NCBI RefSeq assembly: GCF_037042905.1
Contig: NC_087251.1
Span: forward strand, 11,782,001 to 11,846,000
Direction: 5' to 3'
DNA length: 64,000 nt
DNA from: Lytechinus pictus
Lineage: Eukaryota
Shown here: positions 25,201-34,900 of the stretch, one piece after another
Layout: the number at the start of each line of letters is the position of its first letter
Numbering within the stretch: position 1 is the stretch's first letter
The notes under the pieces: generated by a model
Databases searched by the model: none
Seen by the model: the letters and a program-made list of their open reading frames with translations, nothing else
Told to the model about the DNA's origin: nothing
Program-made: the position numbers and the translations under genes

Positions 25201-28200
25201 ACAATACTAAGTTGAAAAAGAGCTTGTAATTTATATCAGAAAAACAATGAAATACATTAGAAATTACAAAAACAATACTTTAGACAAATTTATTAGGAAA
25301 TTATCTACATGATGATGTTTTGATGCCAACTAAATTATATTAATTATCTATCATAATCACCTTCATTTGGCAAAATAAAGAGGCGAGTAATTGTGATTTT
25401 CTGTTTGCATAATTAATTAGAATTAATTAGAAGAAATTATTTTAAACAGAATAAGAAAGATTACAAGATGAATTGATGCACATCAATTGAGCCTTCTCTC
25501 ACCTTTTCATTGATACCTAAATTACTTCATAGGGCTAAAAAACAAAGAAGTTAGAGCCTGTTGAAGACTTGGGTTCAAAATGGTCACAAAATGGTCACAA
25601 AAATCGGTGCTGTACTCCATTGACTTTACATTAAGACAATGACCACAAATTTGGATGAATATGTGCGACTTAAACTGGAATAACATTATAATTTCTTGAT
25701 GAAAATTAAAGTTCTTGGTATCATTTTAAAGGTCTTTTTAAGAGCTTTCAAGTGATACCAAATTTATTCATATTTGATGATTTTCATTTTTTTTGTCACA
25801 TACCTACTGGTAGTCTCACCATACGACAATAGTACCGGTAATAATAGTATACACCAGTCACCAGACGTGCAGACGGTGGACTGTAATCAGTAGAGGCGCA
25901 CGGCCAATATGGGAGACTCTCTCCAATAGGGGAGACAATCTCCCACATTGGAGACTTGCTTTGCAAAAGGACAAAAGAAACAACACCAACAAAAGCATGA
26001 TTTTTTCCACCCAAAATTTTGTCTCACTGAGGTCAGAAGCCCATTTGTTTTGTGTGTGATTGACAACAAAAATCCTTATCAAAACAAAAGTAGATGGTGA
26101 ATTTTTAAAGTAGACGGTGAAAAGGGGTAATTTTTCATGAGGAATCTGCTAATCACATTTTTATTTGCCGCCAAGGTAATCCTTTTGCAGCAAATGTAAA
26201 CAAAGGAAATTGGTATCCAAAACTGGAGACTGTCTCTGAAATTGGATACCCAAATTCTTTACAAAAGTCTCTGATATTGGAGATAATCTCCCACATTGGA
26301 GACAGTCTCCAATATTGGCCGTGCGCCTCTACTGGTAATACTGTTTCCAGAAGAAGAAGGAGAACACTGTCTCCAACTTCATTTGACATAGAACTAGATA
26401 ATGTTGTAAATCGGATCAAAAATCAGATCGAAAATCGGATCGGCAGTTAAGCTTCTAAAATCGAAATCGAATCGAAAATCGAATCGGCGATGTTTAAAAA
26501 CAAAGGAATACATCAAAATGTTGTTCGCGGTCGCGCGCATCTTCCTGACAAAGTCACAAAGACGAATGCATTGGAATGGAAGTCGCCAACATGCGCGATC
26601 GTTTGGAACATGTTTTAAAGCCAGGGGTTTTGAGGTGTTATTGCTTTAAAATAAACCGAGTGATTTTTATTAGAAAGATAAACGAAAGACGCATCTTCCG
26701 AGCAAAGGCGCAAAGGAAAATAAAATGAAAATATTTCTCATAGATCACAGGTTAATGAACGATCGGCGGGACATCTTTTAGAAGTATTTTTAGGTGCTAG
26801 CGATTTAGAATTATTGGAATGATCTCTTACGACGCATCATCTTAAAGTCGCAAGTGCAATTAAAATGAAGTAGACGACGCAAGCACGCACGATGATTTGA
26901 AATATGTTATTAAAATGTTTTGGGTAGCTAGCGTTTTCAAATCAATTTGAAGTTCACGGCGGGGTCCGCTATCACCACGAGGTTGAAGAGAAGATGTCTA
27001 TCATCATAAAGGGGGTAAGAGAGTAGCGCAGTGAGCTCCGTCGGTAATACGACCTTTCAAAGTTCACGGCGGCTTCCGCTATCACCACGAGGTTGAAAAT
27101 AAAATGAATATCATCATAAACGATGTAAGAGTAACGCAATAAGCTCCGTCAGTAGCACGATCTTTAAAAGTTCACGGCGGGGTCCGCTATCACCACGAGG
27201 TTGAAAATAAAATGTAAATCATCATAAACGATGTAAGAGAGTAACGCAATGAGCTCCGTCAATAGTACGACCTTTCAAAGTTCACGGCGGGGTCCGCTAT
27301 CACCACGAGGTTGAAAATAAAATGAATATCATCATAAACGTTGTAAGAGAGTAACGCAATAAGCTCCGTCAGTAGCACGATCTTTAAAAGTTCACGGCGG
27401 GGTCCGCCATCACCACGAGGTTGAAAATAAAATGTAAATCATCATAAACGATGTAAGAGAGTAACGCAATGAGCTCCGTCAATAGTACGACCTTTCAAAG
27501 TTCACGGCGGGGTCCGCTATCACCACGAGGTTGAAAATAAAATGTAAATCATCATAAACGATGTAAGAGAGTAACGAAATGAGCTCCGTCGGTAATACGA
27601 CCTTTCAAAGTTCACGGCGGCATCCGCTATCACCACGAGGTTGAAAATAAAATGTATATCATCATAAACGATGTAAGAGAGTAACGCAATAAGCTCCGTC
27701 AGTAGCACGATCTTTAAACGTTCACGGCGGGGTCCGCTATCACCACGAGGTTGAAAATAAAATGTAAATCATCATAAACGATGTAAGAGAGTAACGCAAT
27801 GAGCTCCGTCAATAGTACGACCTTTCAAAGTTCACGGCGGCATCCGCTATCACCACGAGGTTGAAAATAAAATGTATATCATCATAAACGATGTAAGAGA
27901 GTAACGCAATAAGCTCCGTCAATAGTACAGTCTTTAAAAGTTTCTGGCGGGGTCCGCTATCACCACGAGGTTGAAGAGAAGATTTATATCATTATAAACG
28001 ATGTAAGAGAGTAGCGCAGTGAGCTCCGTCGGTAATACGACCTTTCAAAGTTCACGGCGGCTTCCGCTATCACCACGAGGTTGAAAATAAAATGAATATC
28101 ATCATAAACGATGTAAGAGAGTAACGCAATAAGCTCCGTCAGTAGCACGATCTTTAAAAGTTCACGGCGGGGTCCGCTATCACCACGAGGTTGAAAATAA

Positions 28201-30647
28201 AATGTAAATCATCATAAACGATGTAAGAGAGTAACGCAATGAGCTCCGTCAATAGTACGACCTTTCAAAGTTCACGGCGGGGTCCGCTATCACCACGAGG
28301 TTGAAAATAAAATGTAAATCATCATAAACGATGTAAGAGAGTAACGCAATGAGCTCCGTCAATAGTACGACCTTTCAAAGTTCACGGCGGCATCCGCTAT
28401 CACCACGAGGTTGAAAATAAAATGTATATCATCATAAACGATGTAAGAGAGTAACGCAATAAGCTCCGTCAGTAGCACGATCTTTAAAAGTTCACGGCGG
28501 GGTCCGCTATCACCACGAGGTTGAAAATAAAATGTAAATCATCATAAACGATGTAAGAGAGTAACGCAATGAGCTCCGTCAATAGTACGACCTTTCAAAG
28601 TTCACGGCGGCATCCGCTATCACCACGAGGTTGAAAATAAAATGTATATCATCATAAACGATGTAAGAGAGTAACGCAATAAGCTCCGTCAATAGTACAG
28701 TCTTTAAAAGTTTCTGGCGGGGTCCGCTATCACCACGAGGTTGAAGAGAAGATTTATATCATTATAAACGATGTAAGAGAGTAGCGCAGTGAGCTCCGTC
28801 GGTAATACGACCTTTCAAAGTTCACGGCGGCATCCGCTATCACCACGAGGTTGAAAATAAAATGAATATCATCATAAATGATGTAAGAGAGTAACGCAAT
28901 AAGCTCCGTCAATAGTACAGTCTTTAAAAGTTTCTGGCGGGGTCCGCTATCACCACGAGGTTGAAGAGAAGATTTATATCATTATAAACGATGTAAGAGA
29001 GTAGCGCAGTGAGCTCCGTCGGTAATACGACCTTTCAAAGTTCACGGCGGCTTCCGCTATCACCACGAGGTTGAAAATAAAATGAATATCATCATAAACG
29101 ATGTAAGAGAGCAACGCAATAAGCTCCGTCAATAGTACGATCTTTAAAAGTTCACGGCGGGGTCCGCTATCACCACGAGGTTGAAAATAAAATGTAAATC
29201 ATCATAAACGATGTAAGAGAGTAACGCAATGAGCTCCGTCAATAGTACGACCTTTCAAAGTTCACGGCGGCATCCGCTATCACCACGAGGTTGAAAATAA
29301 AATGTATATCATCATAAACGATGTAAGAGAGTAACGCAATAAGCTCCGTCAATAGTACAGTCTTTAAAAGTTTCTGGCGGGGTCCGCTATCACCACGAGG
29401 TTGAAGAGAAGATTTATATCATTATAAACGATGTAAGAGAGTAGCGCAGTGAGCTCCGTCGGTAATACGACCTTACAAAGTTCACGGCGGCTTCCGCTAT
29501 CACCACGAGGTTGAAAATAAAATGAATATCATCATAAATGATGTAAGAGAGTAACGCAATAAGCTCCGTCAATAGTACAGTCTTTAAAAGTTTCTGGCGG
29601 GGTCCGCTATCACCACGAGGTTGAAGAGAAGATTTATATCATTATAAACGATGTAAGAGAGTAGCGTAGTGAGCTCCGTCGGTAATACGACCTTTCAAAG
29701 TTCACGGCGGCTTCCGCTATCACCACGAGGTTGAAAATAAAATGAATATCATCATAAACGATGTAAGAGAGCAACGCAATAAGCTCCGTCAATAGTACAG
29801 TCTTTAAAAGTTAATGGCGGTGTCCGCTATCACCACGAGGTTGAAGAGAAGATTTATATCATTATAAAGGGGGTAAGAGAGTAGCGCAGTGAGCTCCGTC
29901 GGTAATACGACCTTTCAAAGTTCACGGCGGCATCCGCTATCACCACGAGGTTGAAAATAAAATGTATATAATCATAAACGATGTAAGAGAGTAACGCAGT
30001 GAGCTCCGTCGGTAATACGACCTTTCAAAGTTCACGGCGGCATCCGCTATCACCATGAGTTGGAAGAGAAGATATCTATCCCCTTAAACATTGCCATAGA
30101 TAATACCGCGACTTTCTCCCTGAATAATGCGACCTGTAAATAGCTAGCACCTCAAAAACAATCTTGAAATATGTTCTGAGCGATCACGCACTGTAACCAG
30201 ATCTACGCCGATTTTTTATTTTCGATTTTTTCCTTCAAGCCAAGGGGCATGATCGAAGATCGGCAAGTGATTGCCGATTGTGGTGAAATCGAATGGAATC
30301 GGTTACAAGCTTAGAACTAGATCTAGGCTTAACTCAGTTTATTCCCAAGGCAATAGACACGCCCATTTATCGGCGAGAGCTAGAGTCGACCGCGTCGATG
30401 AGGCATCGACGCGAGCCGTCCGTCGCGGCATAGCCCGGCGCGGCGGTTGTTCCGATCACCGTCAATCGTCAGTCTGAGTCTGACTGAGACAGAGTCAATG
30501 CAGTCCCACTCCCAAAACACATATATTCAAGTTTCTTAACATCAGAATACAAAATATATCAAAATCTCACTTTGTATATGCAGCACCTATGTCAAAGATA
30601 GCAGCTGTCTTCTCTACCCCAACGCTGAGACCCTCAAAAAGTGGCAT
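7025..30647 (-). CDS. ACTR10: Actin-related protein 10 (dynactin Arp11/ACTR10), full spliced CDS, 423 aa
   Basis: complement(join(7025..7230,8490..8691,9167..9322,9935..10011,10564..10679,11492..11559,11980..12087,12622..12730,15108..15260,30571..30647)) = 1272 nt, all phases consistent. The translation [36 protein letters not shown]...[20 protein letters not shown]...AWLGGAIFG...PDWCSL is collinear with vertebrate ACTR10 as I recall it. Confidence 0.96.
7530..8362 (-). mobile_element. Truncated, more diverged copy of the 58327-59520 element in the last ACTR10 intron
   Basis: Same GGTCATGTGACCTGAAACTC repeats and the same end AGTCTCGCTCTGCTATGCAGGCGAGACAAAAA. Confidence 0.75.
8490..8691 (-). 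CDS. ACTR10: ACTR10 exon 9 ([18 protein letters not shown]...AWLG)
   Basis: CAG acceptor, G|GTAATT donor; actin-fold IGGTS motif. Confidence 0.95.
9167..9322 (-). CDS. ACTR10: ACTR10 exon 8 ([12 protein letters not shown]...LDSILK)
   Basis: CCCAG acceptor, AAG|GTTAGT donor. Confidence 0.94.
9935..10011 (-). CDS. ACTR10: ACTR10 exon 7 ([12 protein letters not shown]...DDSK)
   Basis: CAG acceptor, AAG|GTAGGT donor; conserved RTCF motif. Confidence 0.9.
10564..10679 (-). CDS. ACTR10: ACTR10 exon 6 (NLERQLKE...VLEDIK)
   Basis: TTTCAG acceptor, G|GTAAGT donor. Confidence 0.92.
11492..11559 (-). CDS. ACTR10: ACTR10 exon 5 ([22 protein letters not shown])
   Basis: AC acceptor, GA|GTAAGT donor. 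Confidence 0.93.
11560..11979 (-). other. U12-type (minor spliceosome) AT-AC intron of ACTR10
   Basis: 5' site ATATCCTTT, branch site TTCTCCTTGAC (11588-11578), 3' site ...TTCAC; removal joins VLP|IYEG in frame. Confidence 0.92.
11980..12087 (-). CDS. ACTR10: ACTR10 exon 4 ([11 protein letters not shown]...ETTVLP)
   Basis: CAG acceptor; followed by the U12 donor ATATCCTTT. Confidence 0.93.
12622..12730 (-). CDS. ACTR10: ACTR10 exon 3 ([20 protein letters not shown]...KRYE)
   Basis: TTTCAG acceptor, GAG|GTATGT donor. Confidence 0.95.
14241..15005. mobile_element. Small MITE (GGGGTGTTTCACAAA TIRs) containing a nested fold-back MITE at ~14400-14950
   Basis: Outer TIRs at 14241 and ~14990-15005; inner arms are ~150-bp near-perfect inverted repeats ending CCTTTAA. 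Confidence 0.7.
15108..15260 (-). CDS. ACTR10: ACTR10 exon 2 ([15 protein letters not shown]...LHHIYFR)
   Basis: CAG acceptor, AG|GTGAC donor. Confidence 0.94.
16660..18180. repeat. Tandem array, 180-bp unit, alternating A/B variants (360-bp dimer), ~7-8 units
   Basis: GGACATGTTTT-type motif at ~16797, 17209, 17389, 17569, 17756, 17936 and 18116. Confidence 0.93.
16880..17110 (+). mobile_element. Penelope-like pseudo-LTR fragment with a minimal hammerhead ribozyme motif (17058-17096), inserted in a satellite unit
   Basis: The 230-bp block is absent from sibling repeat units and contains GCCT-CCGACGAA-GATTCT(GCT)AGGATC-GAAAGCTT-AGGC. Confidence 0.6.
19135..22166 (+). mobile_element. Decayed non-LTR retrotransposon ORF2 (APE endonuclease + RT + RNase H; I-group/Nimb-like)
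   Basis: ICLQETW, GDFNSH and GSDH (APE); [37 protein letters not shown] and YADD at 21130-21141 (RT); FYTDGSK and SIMRAEL (RNase H). It has in-frame stops (19525, 19999, 20335) and frameshifts and is truncated at both ends. Confidence 0.92.
24065..24430. repeat. Three diverged ~140-bp tandem units
   Basis: TTCAAT..GA.ACTGGATT..GAATAT..AATGT..ATTAAAATGCA at ~24068, 24202 and 24350. Confidence 0.7.
25888..26334. mobile_element. MITE with 23-bp TIRs and 5-bp TSD (GTAAT); copy 1
   Basis: CAGTAGAGGCGCACGGCCAATAT...ATATTGGCCGTGCGCCTCTACTG, flanked by GTAAT on both sides. Confidence 0.88.
26400..30311. mobile_element. Putative non-autonomous DNA transposon (Mutator-like TSD length) carrying the 110-bp satellite
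   Basis: 11-bp direct repeat TAGAACTAGAT at 26389-26399 and 30312-30322; termini ATGTTGTAA / TTACAAGCT; inverted subterminal motifs. Confidence 0.55.
26950..30070. repeat. Tandem satellite, 110-bp unit, ~28 copies
   Basis: TTCACGGCGGGGTCCGCTATCACCACGAGGTTGAAAATAAAATG... recurs every 110 bp, with several recurrent variants. Confidence 0.97.
30571..30647 (-). CDS. ACTR10: ACTR10 coding exon 1 ([26 protein letters not shown])
   Basis: ATG at 30647, donor AA|GTGAG; not in the ORF track. Confidence 0.93.
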
Positions 30648-31677
30648 TTTTTCAATGAAAGTTTCCCGACAGTGCAGCAGTCCGAGGTAAAATACGTGAG
30701 ATTTTTAATCACACACGAGTACGAGTACGACGTACGAGTGTAAAGTCACGTACCGATCGACACGTACGCATGATCCTTCAACGTCCTAGCTTCAACACAA
30801 GCTGTTGTACAAAACGTAATCGCGCATGGTATTAAATAGTCTTTTTTTAAAGCCATATCTGATCGATATGAATAAAAAGAAAAATATTTTAATGGTTTTA
30901 CTTCCAAAATTGTTTCGAAAAATAATGTTATGTTTATAGTAAGATATTTATCAATATAAATTTAGGTATGTAGTATTTCAATAAAAACTGTACGATTATT
31001 GATTCCAAATTTCACTCAGCAATCTCGGTTTGCTATTAAGACTACATACCGTATACCCAGTTGTTGTGTGTCCGGACAGGTTGTGTGTCCGGACGATCAA
31101 TTTTAGACATAGAAAGTCATTTTTAGACTTAGAAAGTCATTTGGAAAAAATTACAAGCGAAGTTTCATCAATTTTTAGTACAAAATGTTAGGAAATATTA
31201 TAAAGAACAAAAGAGAAGATGATTAATAAGTATTGAATTCATATTTTTAGTGTAATCCAAAGACAAAAAAGAAGGCTTCAAAAATATAAAGTGTCCGGAC
31301 ACCCGACCCCGGCCCCCCATCCTACTTACCTCCGAAAATGTACCAGAGAGAGTGAAGCGATACCAAGACCAAGTGCAGCTTACCGCCGGAGATTCCCGAC
31401 CCGAGTTCATCGAGAGACCGTTACCATAAATATCGGTGCGCTTTCGGTGGACGCGGACATGGACTCGACCTCCGACGTATCTATGCCTGCAACCCGACAG
31501 TCGCGATCCGATGGTAAAGTTCAGTGGTAATAGACAAGAAGAAGATATCCTTGTCATGTCAAGCCAGTCGATTATCCTACATTGTCACTGACTGAGACTG
31601 AGTGAGAAGGCTGAAATTTGGGGTGACGCTGAATTCAAGACAGGATAGTCAGCTAGGAAACACAGTGCACAGGGACA
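30648..31677. promoter_or_regulatory. Putative bidirectional promoter / 5' UTR region shared by ACTR10 and the CIROP-like gene
   Basis: Start codons diverge 1030 bp apart; CpG-rich patches at ~30660-30830 and ~31290-31570 in otherwise CpG-poor DNA. TSSs cannot be determined. Confidence 0.6.
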
Positions 31678-31900
31678 ATGGATATGAAATTGAAAAAGAT
31701 TAAGACTTGCAAGAACTCAAGTACAAAATTAACTAGACTCTCTCTGATATTGATAACTTTAAGTTTAGTTTTTCTACAAATATGCATGAAAATTCTTGCT
31801 GCATCTCCATCATCTGCTCCAAATTCAAGCCGTTGTATATTTGATGAAGTTCAAAAGCATCAAAACATTGAGACAACTCTTCTAAACTATCGGGTTCCTG
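31678..31900 (+). CDS. CIROP: M8 protease exon 1 (signal/anchor, RCIFDEVQK prodomain)
   Basis: ATG at 31678 (alternative 31684), donor G|GTGAGT. Confidence 0.82.
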
Positions 31901-34900
31901 GTGAGTATAGCGCAGTGCCCTGTTGTAAAAGAATTCAAATGACCACAAACTTGACATCTGCACTAGTCTATTGTCCAATAGACATAGTTACTTTACATGT
32001 ATATTCATTAAAGAATCTGACTCAAATTGGTGAAAAAAACAATTGATGTAATGGCCTCACTACTCACAACTGCACAATGCAGTTTAGTCTTTAGAATTGA
32101 TTTTTGGTCAAAAATTATATAGGCCTATCTAGAATCTTCCAGATCAAGGTCTAGATCTAGGTCTATCTCTACCCAGACCCAGTTACTTATTAATATCTGA
32201 ACAAGTGAACATAGTATTTTCATTCTGGATGTCAGAAAAAGTTTAAGATTTGGTTAAAAGCAATTTTTCATAAATAATAATTATTGGACAATGCTAGAGA
32301 GTGCAGGCACAATTATCTATGCTTTTTTATTTATAAATATCTTGTGAAATCATGAGGAAGAATTTTTCATTTTTTCAGGTAAAGGAGGACATTTGTACTT
32401 CTTTATTTTTCATGCCAAATGATGCAAATATAAATTGTGTAGGTACTACATGTAAGTGTTCTTAGTCAGTAGAGGCGCACGGCCAATATGGGAGACTCTC
32501 TCCAATAGGGGAGACAATCTCCCACATTGGAGACTTGCTTTGCAAAAGGACAAAAGAAACAACACCAACAAAAGCATGATTTTTTCCACCTAAAATTTTG
32601 TCTCACTGAGGTCAGAAGCCCATTTGTTTTGTGTGTGATTGACAACAAAAATCCTTATCAATTCAAAAGTTGACGGTGAATATTTAAAGTAGACGGTGAA
32701 AAGGGGTAATTTTTCATGAGGAATCTGCTTATCTCTCTCTTGTATCCTTCCTCCGTTAAGGTCGGAGATCGCTGGTAACAGTTGAAAAATGTAGACACTT
32801 CCTAAGAGTTGTTAGAGCTGGTGAAGTTGCTGAGGAGTTTTCGGCAGGTTGTGTGAAGGTTGCGAATGAAATATAAAATAAGTGTGTGGAGCTGGGTTTT
32901 GGTGTCATTACTGTGGTGCACAGGGGGAAGAAAGAGAACACATTCTAGGAAACACTGAGGGTCTGAATCAAAGAAGCCTGCAAATCACATTTTTATTTGC
33001 CGCCAAGGTAATCCTTTTGCAGCAAATGTAAACAAAGGAAATTGGACTCCAAAACTGGAGACTGTCTCTGAAATTGGATACCCAAATTCTTTACAAAAGT
33101 CTCTGATATTGGAGATAATCTCCCACATTGGAGACAGTCTCCAATATTGGCCGTGTGCCTCTACTGTTAGTAGAGGTGTGACAAAGTGAAAAGTTATTGT
33201 GCTAGGTCAAACACTTTCATGGTTTTATTCTGGTTGAAAGTTAATTATAATGTTCTGTGAATCATTCAAAATTAATGTTGGACATGATCTGTTGAGAGTC
33301 TATGAGGACTATCCATAGTGTGTGTTTTTTGTTGTTTTGTACCTGTACATGTACAAACATACATTTTAGTGTGTGTGTGTGTGTGTATTTGAGTTTTGTC
33401 AGACGTGTATCAATCAGATTATTTACGTCTGGGACCGACCTTTAACGTCACCCTCCGAAAGACGTGACCAGGGCTCAAACCTCTGCATCAATTTGTAACT
33501 TCCACACAGCTTGGATTACAGGCGCATGCCACAACTCCCAGTTAGGCCTATATCAATTATCAGAAATTAATTATTAGGGTTTTTTTTAAGTTCAGTGACT
33601 CCACACACTTAACCCAAATAACTTGAGTAATAGAAAAATTAACCTCAGAATATAAACCAATGTTAAAAGTAACTTCTTTAGTCTTTACCTGTCCTTACCT
33701 TCTGTAAATTTTCTAAACAGTTGGTGTAAGTGCAAAATCAAAAAGGTCATTGGAAGGAGATATCTACCAGCCTATCAGAGTGAAGACTTTTGTTCAGAAT
33801 GTGGAACATCTTAAAGACTCAGTGCAGGTCGAGAAGCTTGAGACCATCATGGCTGGTGCAACATCTGTTATTCAAAAACTGCTGTCAGGTATGGGGATAG
33901 AGAAACAATGCCACCATTCAAATTTATGCATATTGTTTAAAAAAAGTTGGTTCTTGACAACCTCAAAGATTGTCAGATGCTCGTGAGCTGTAGAAACAAG
34001 AAATGTGTACCAACTGGATTTGAAGAATTGAAGTGCATTTACTTTTCTAGGGTAAAGGAATCCAGGAATGAACATAACCAAGAAATTTACTAATTTATGA
34101 ATCAGTAGTGTATTGAAACTCCCCTCGTGAGCCAACATAATTCTGCTTTTTCTTAATATTTGATAAGTTCTTATTTTGGGCAGATACTTTGGCTTATTTT
34201 GATTTTGCTTAATCAGTACTATGCATACACATTTCTAAGTGGTTGCTATTTATGGTGATTTTTATTCAGCATTTTTTAAAGTTAAACTTTATGTAACAAA
34301 TAGGGATGACATTTAAAAAAATATTGATGAAGAAGTTAAAACTACACTTGATATAATATAACCTCTGAAAATAGAATTCGTACACTTCTGCAGTGCATAT
34401 GAATTTGAACTTTCAGGTGACAAAATTATTGATAAGGCACAAATAAAATCATATCAATTGTTCACTCTTATACTGTGTCTGAATTCTTAAAGATATGTTT
34501 TCTATTCTTGATTTGTATTTATTCATTGTATCTAACCAGTTTTTCCTGTTGAAGGCCCAATGGTAATTGATAGATCTGAAACAGCTTGTAGAACTACATA
34601 TAATGGTGGACAGAATGATGGAAAGTAAGTCCCTTGCTCTAAAAAAATGTAGATGACATTTGACTCAATACAAAGTATCATCATCTAGAGGAGTTTCATT
34701 AGGAACTACATGTATCGTGATGAATGTGCCATTGAGTGAACATCTGTTTATTTTTCCAGAAATATGTACTGTAGGATCAGTCAGTAGGCATATATTTTAT
34801 ATTTGTATATATAGTAATATAAATGATATGTTTCTAGAATGTTACCTCAAGGTAATAAGGCAGAAAGTGTACTACTTGAAGTTTTGATTTTTACTTTTGG

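Noticed and set aside
26950..30070. CRISPR array or tandem RNA genes (5S/tRNA/snRNA)
   Set aside because: The whole 110-bp unit is repeated, and I see no 5S, tRNA or snRNA sequence or promoter boxes in it.
33495..33542. Human Alu contamination or a true 7SL gene
   Set aside because: Only ~45 nt is 7SL-like, it carries non-human compensatory changes, it lacks an S domain and Alu dimer/poly-A, and it is embedded in native intron sequence.
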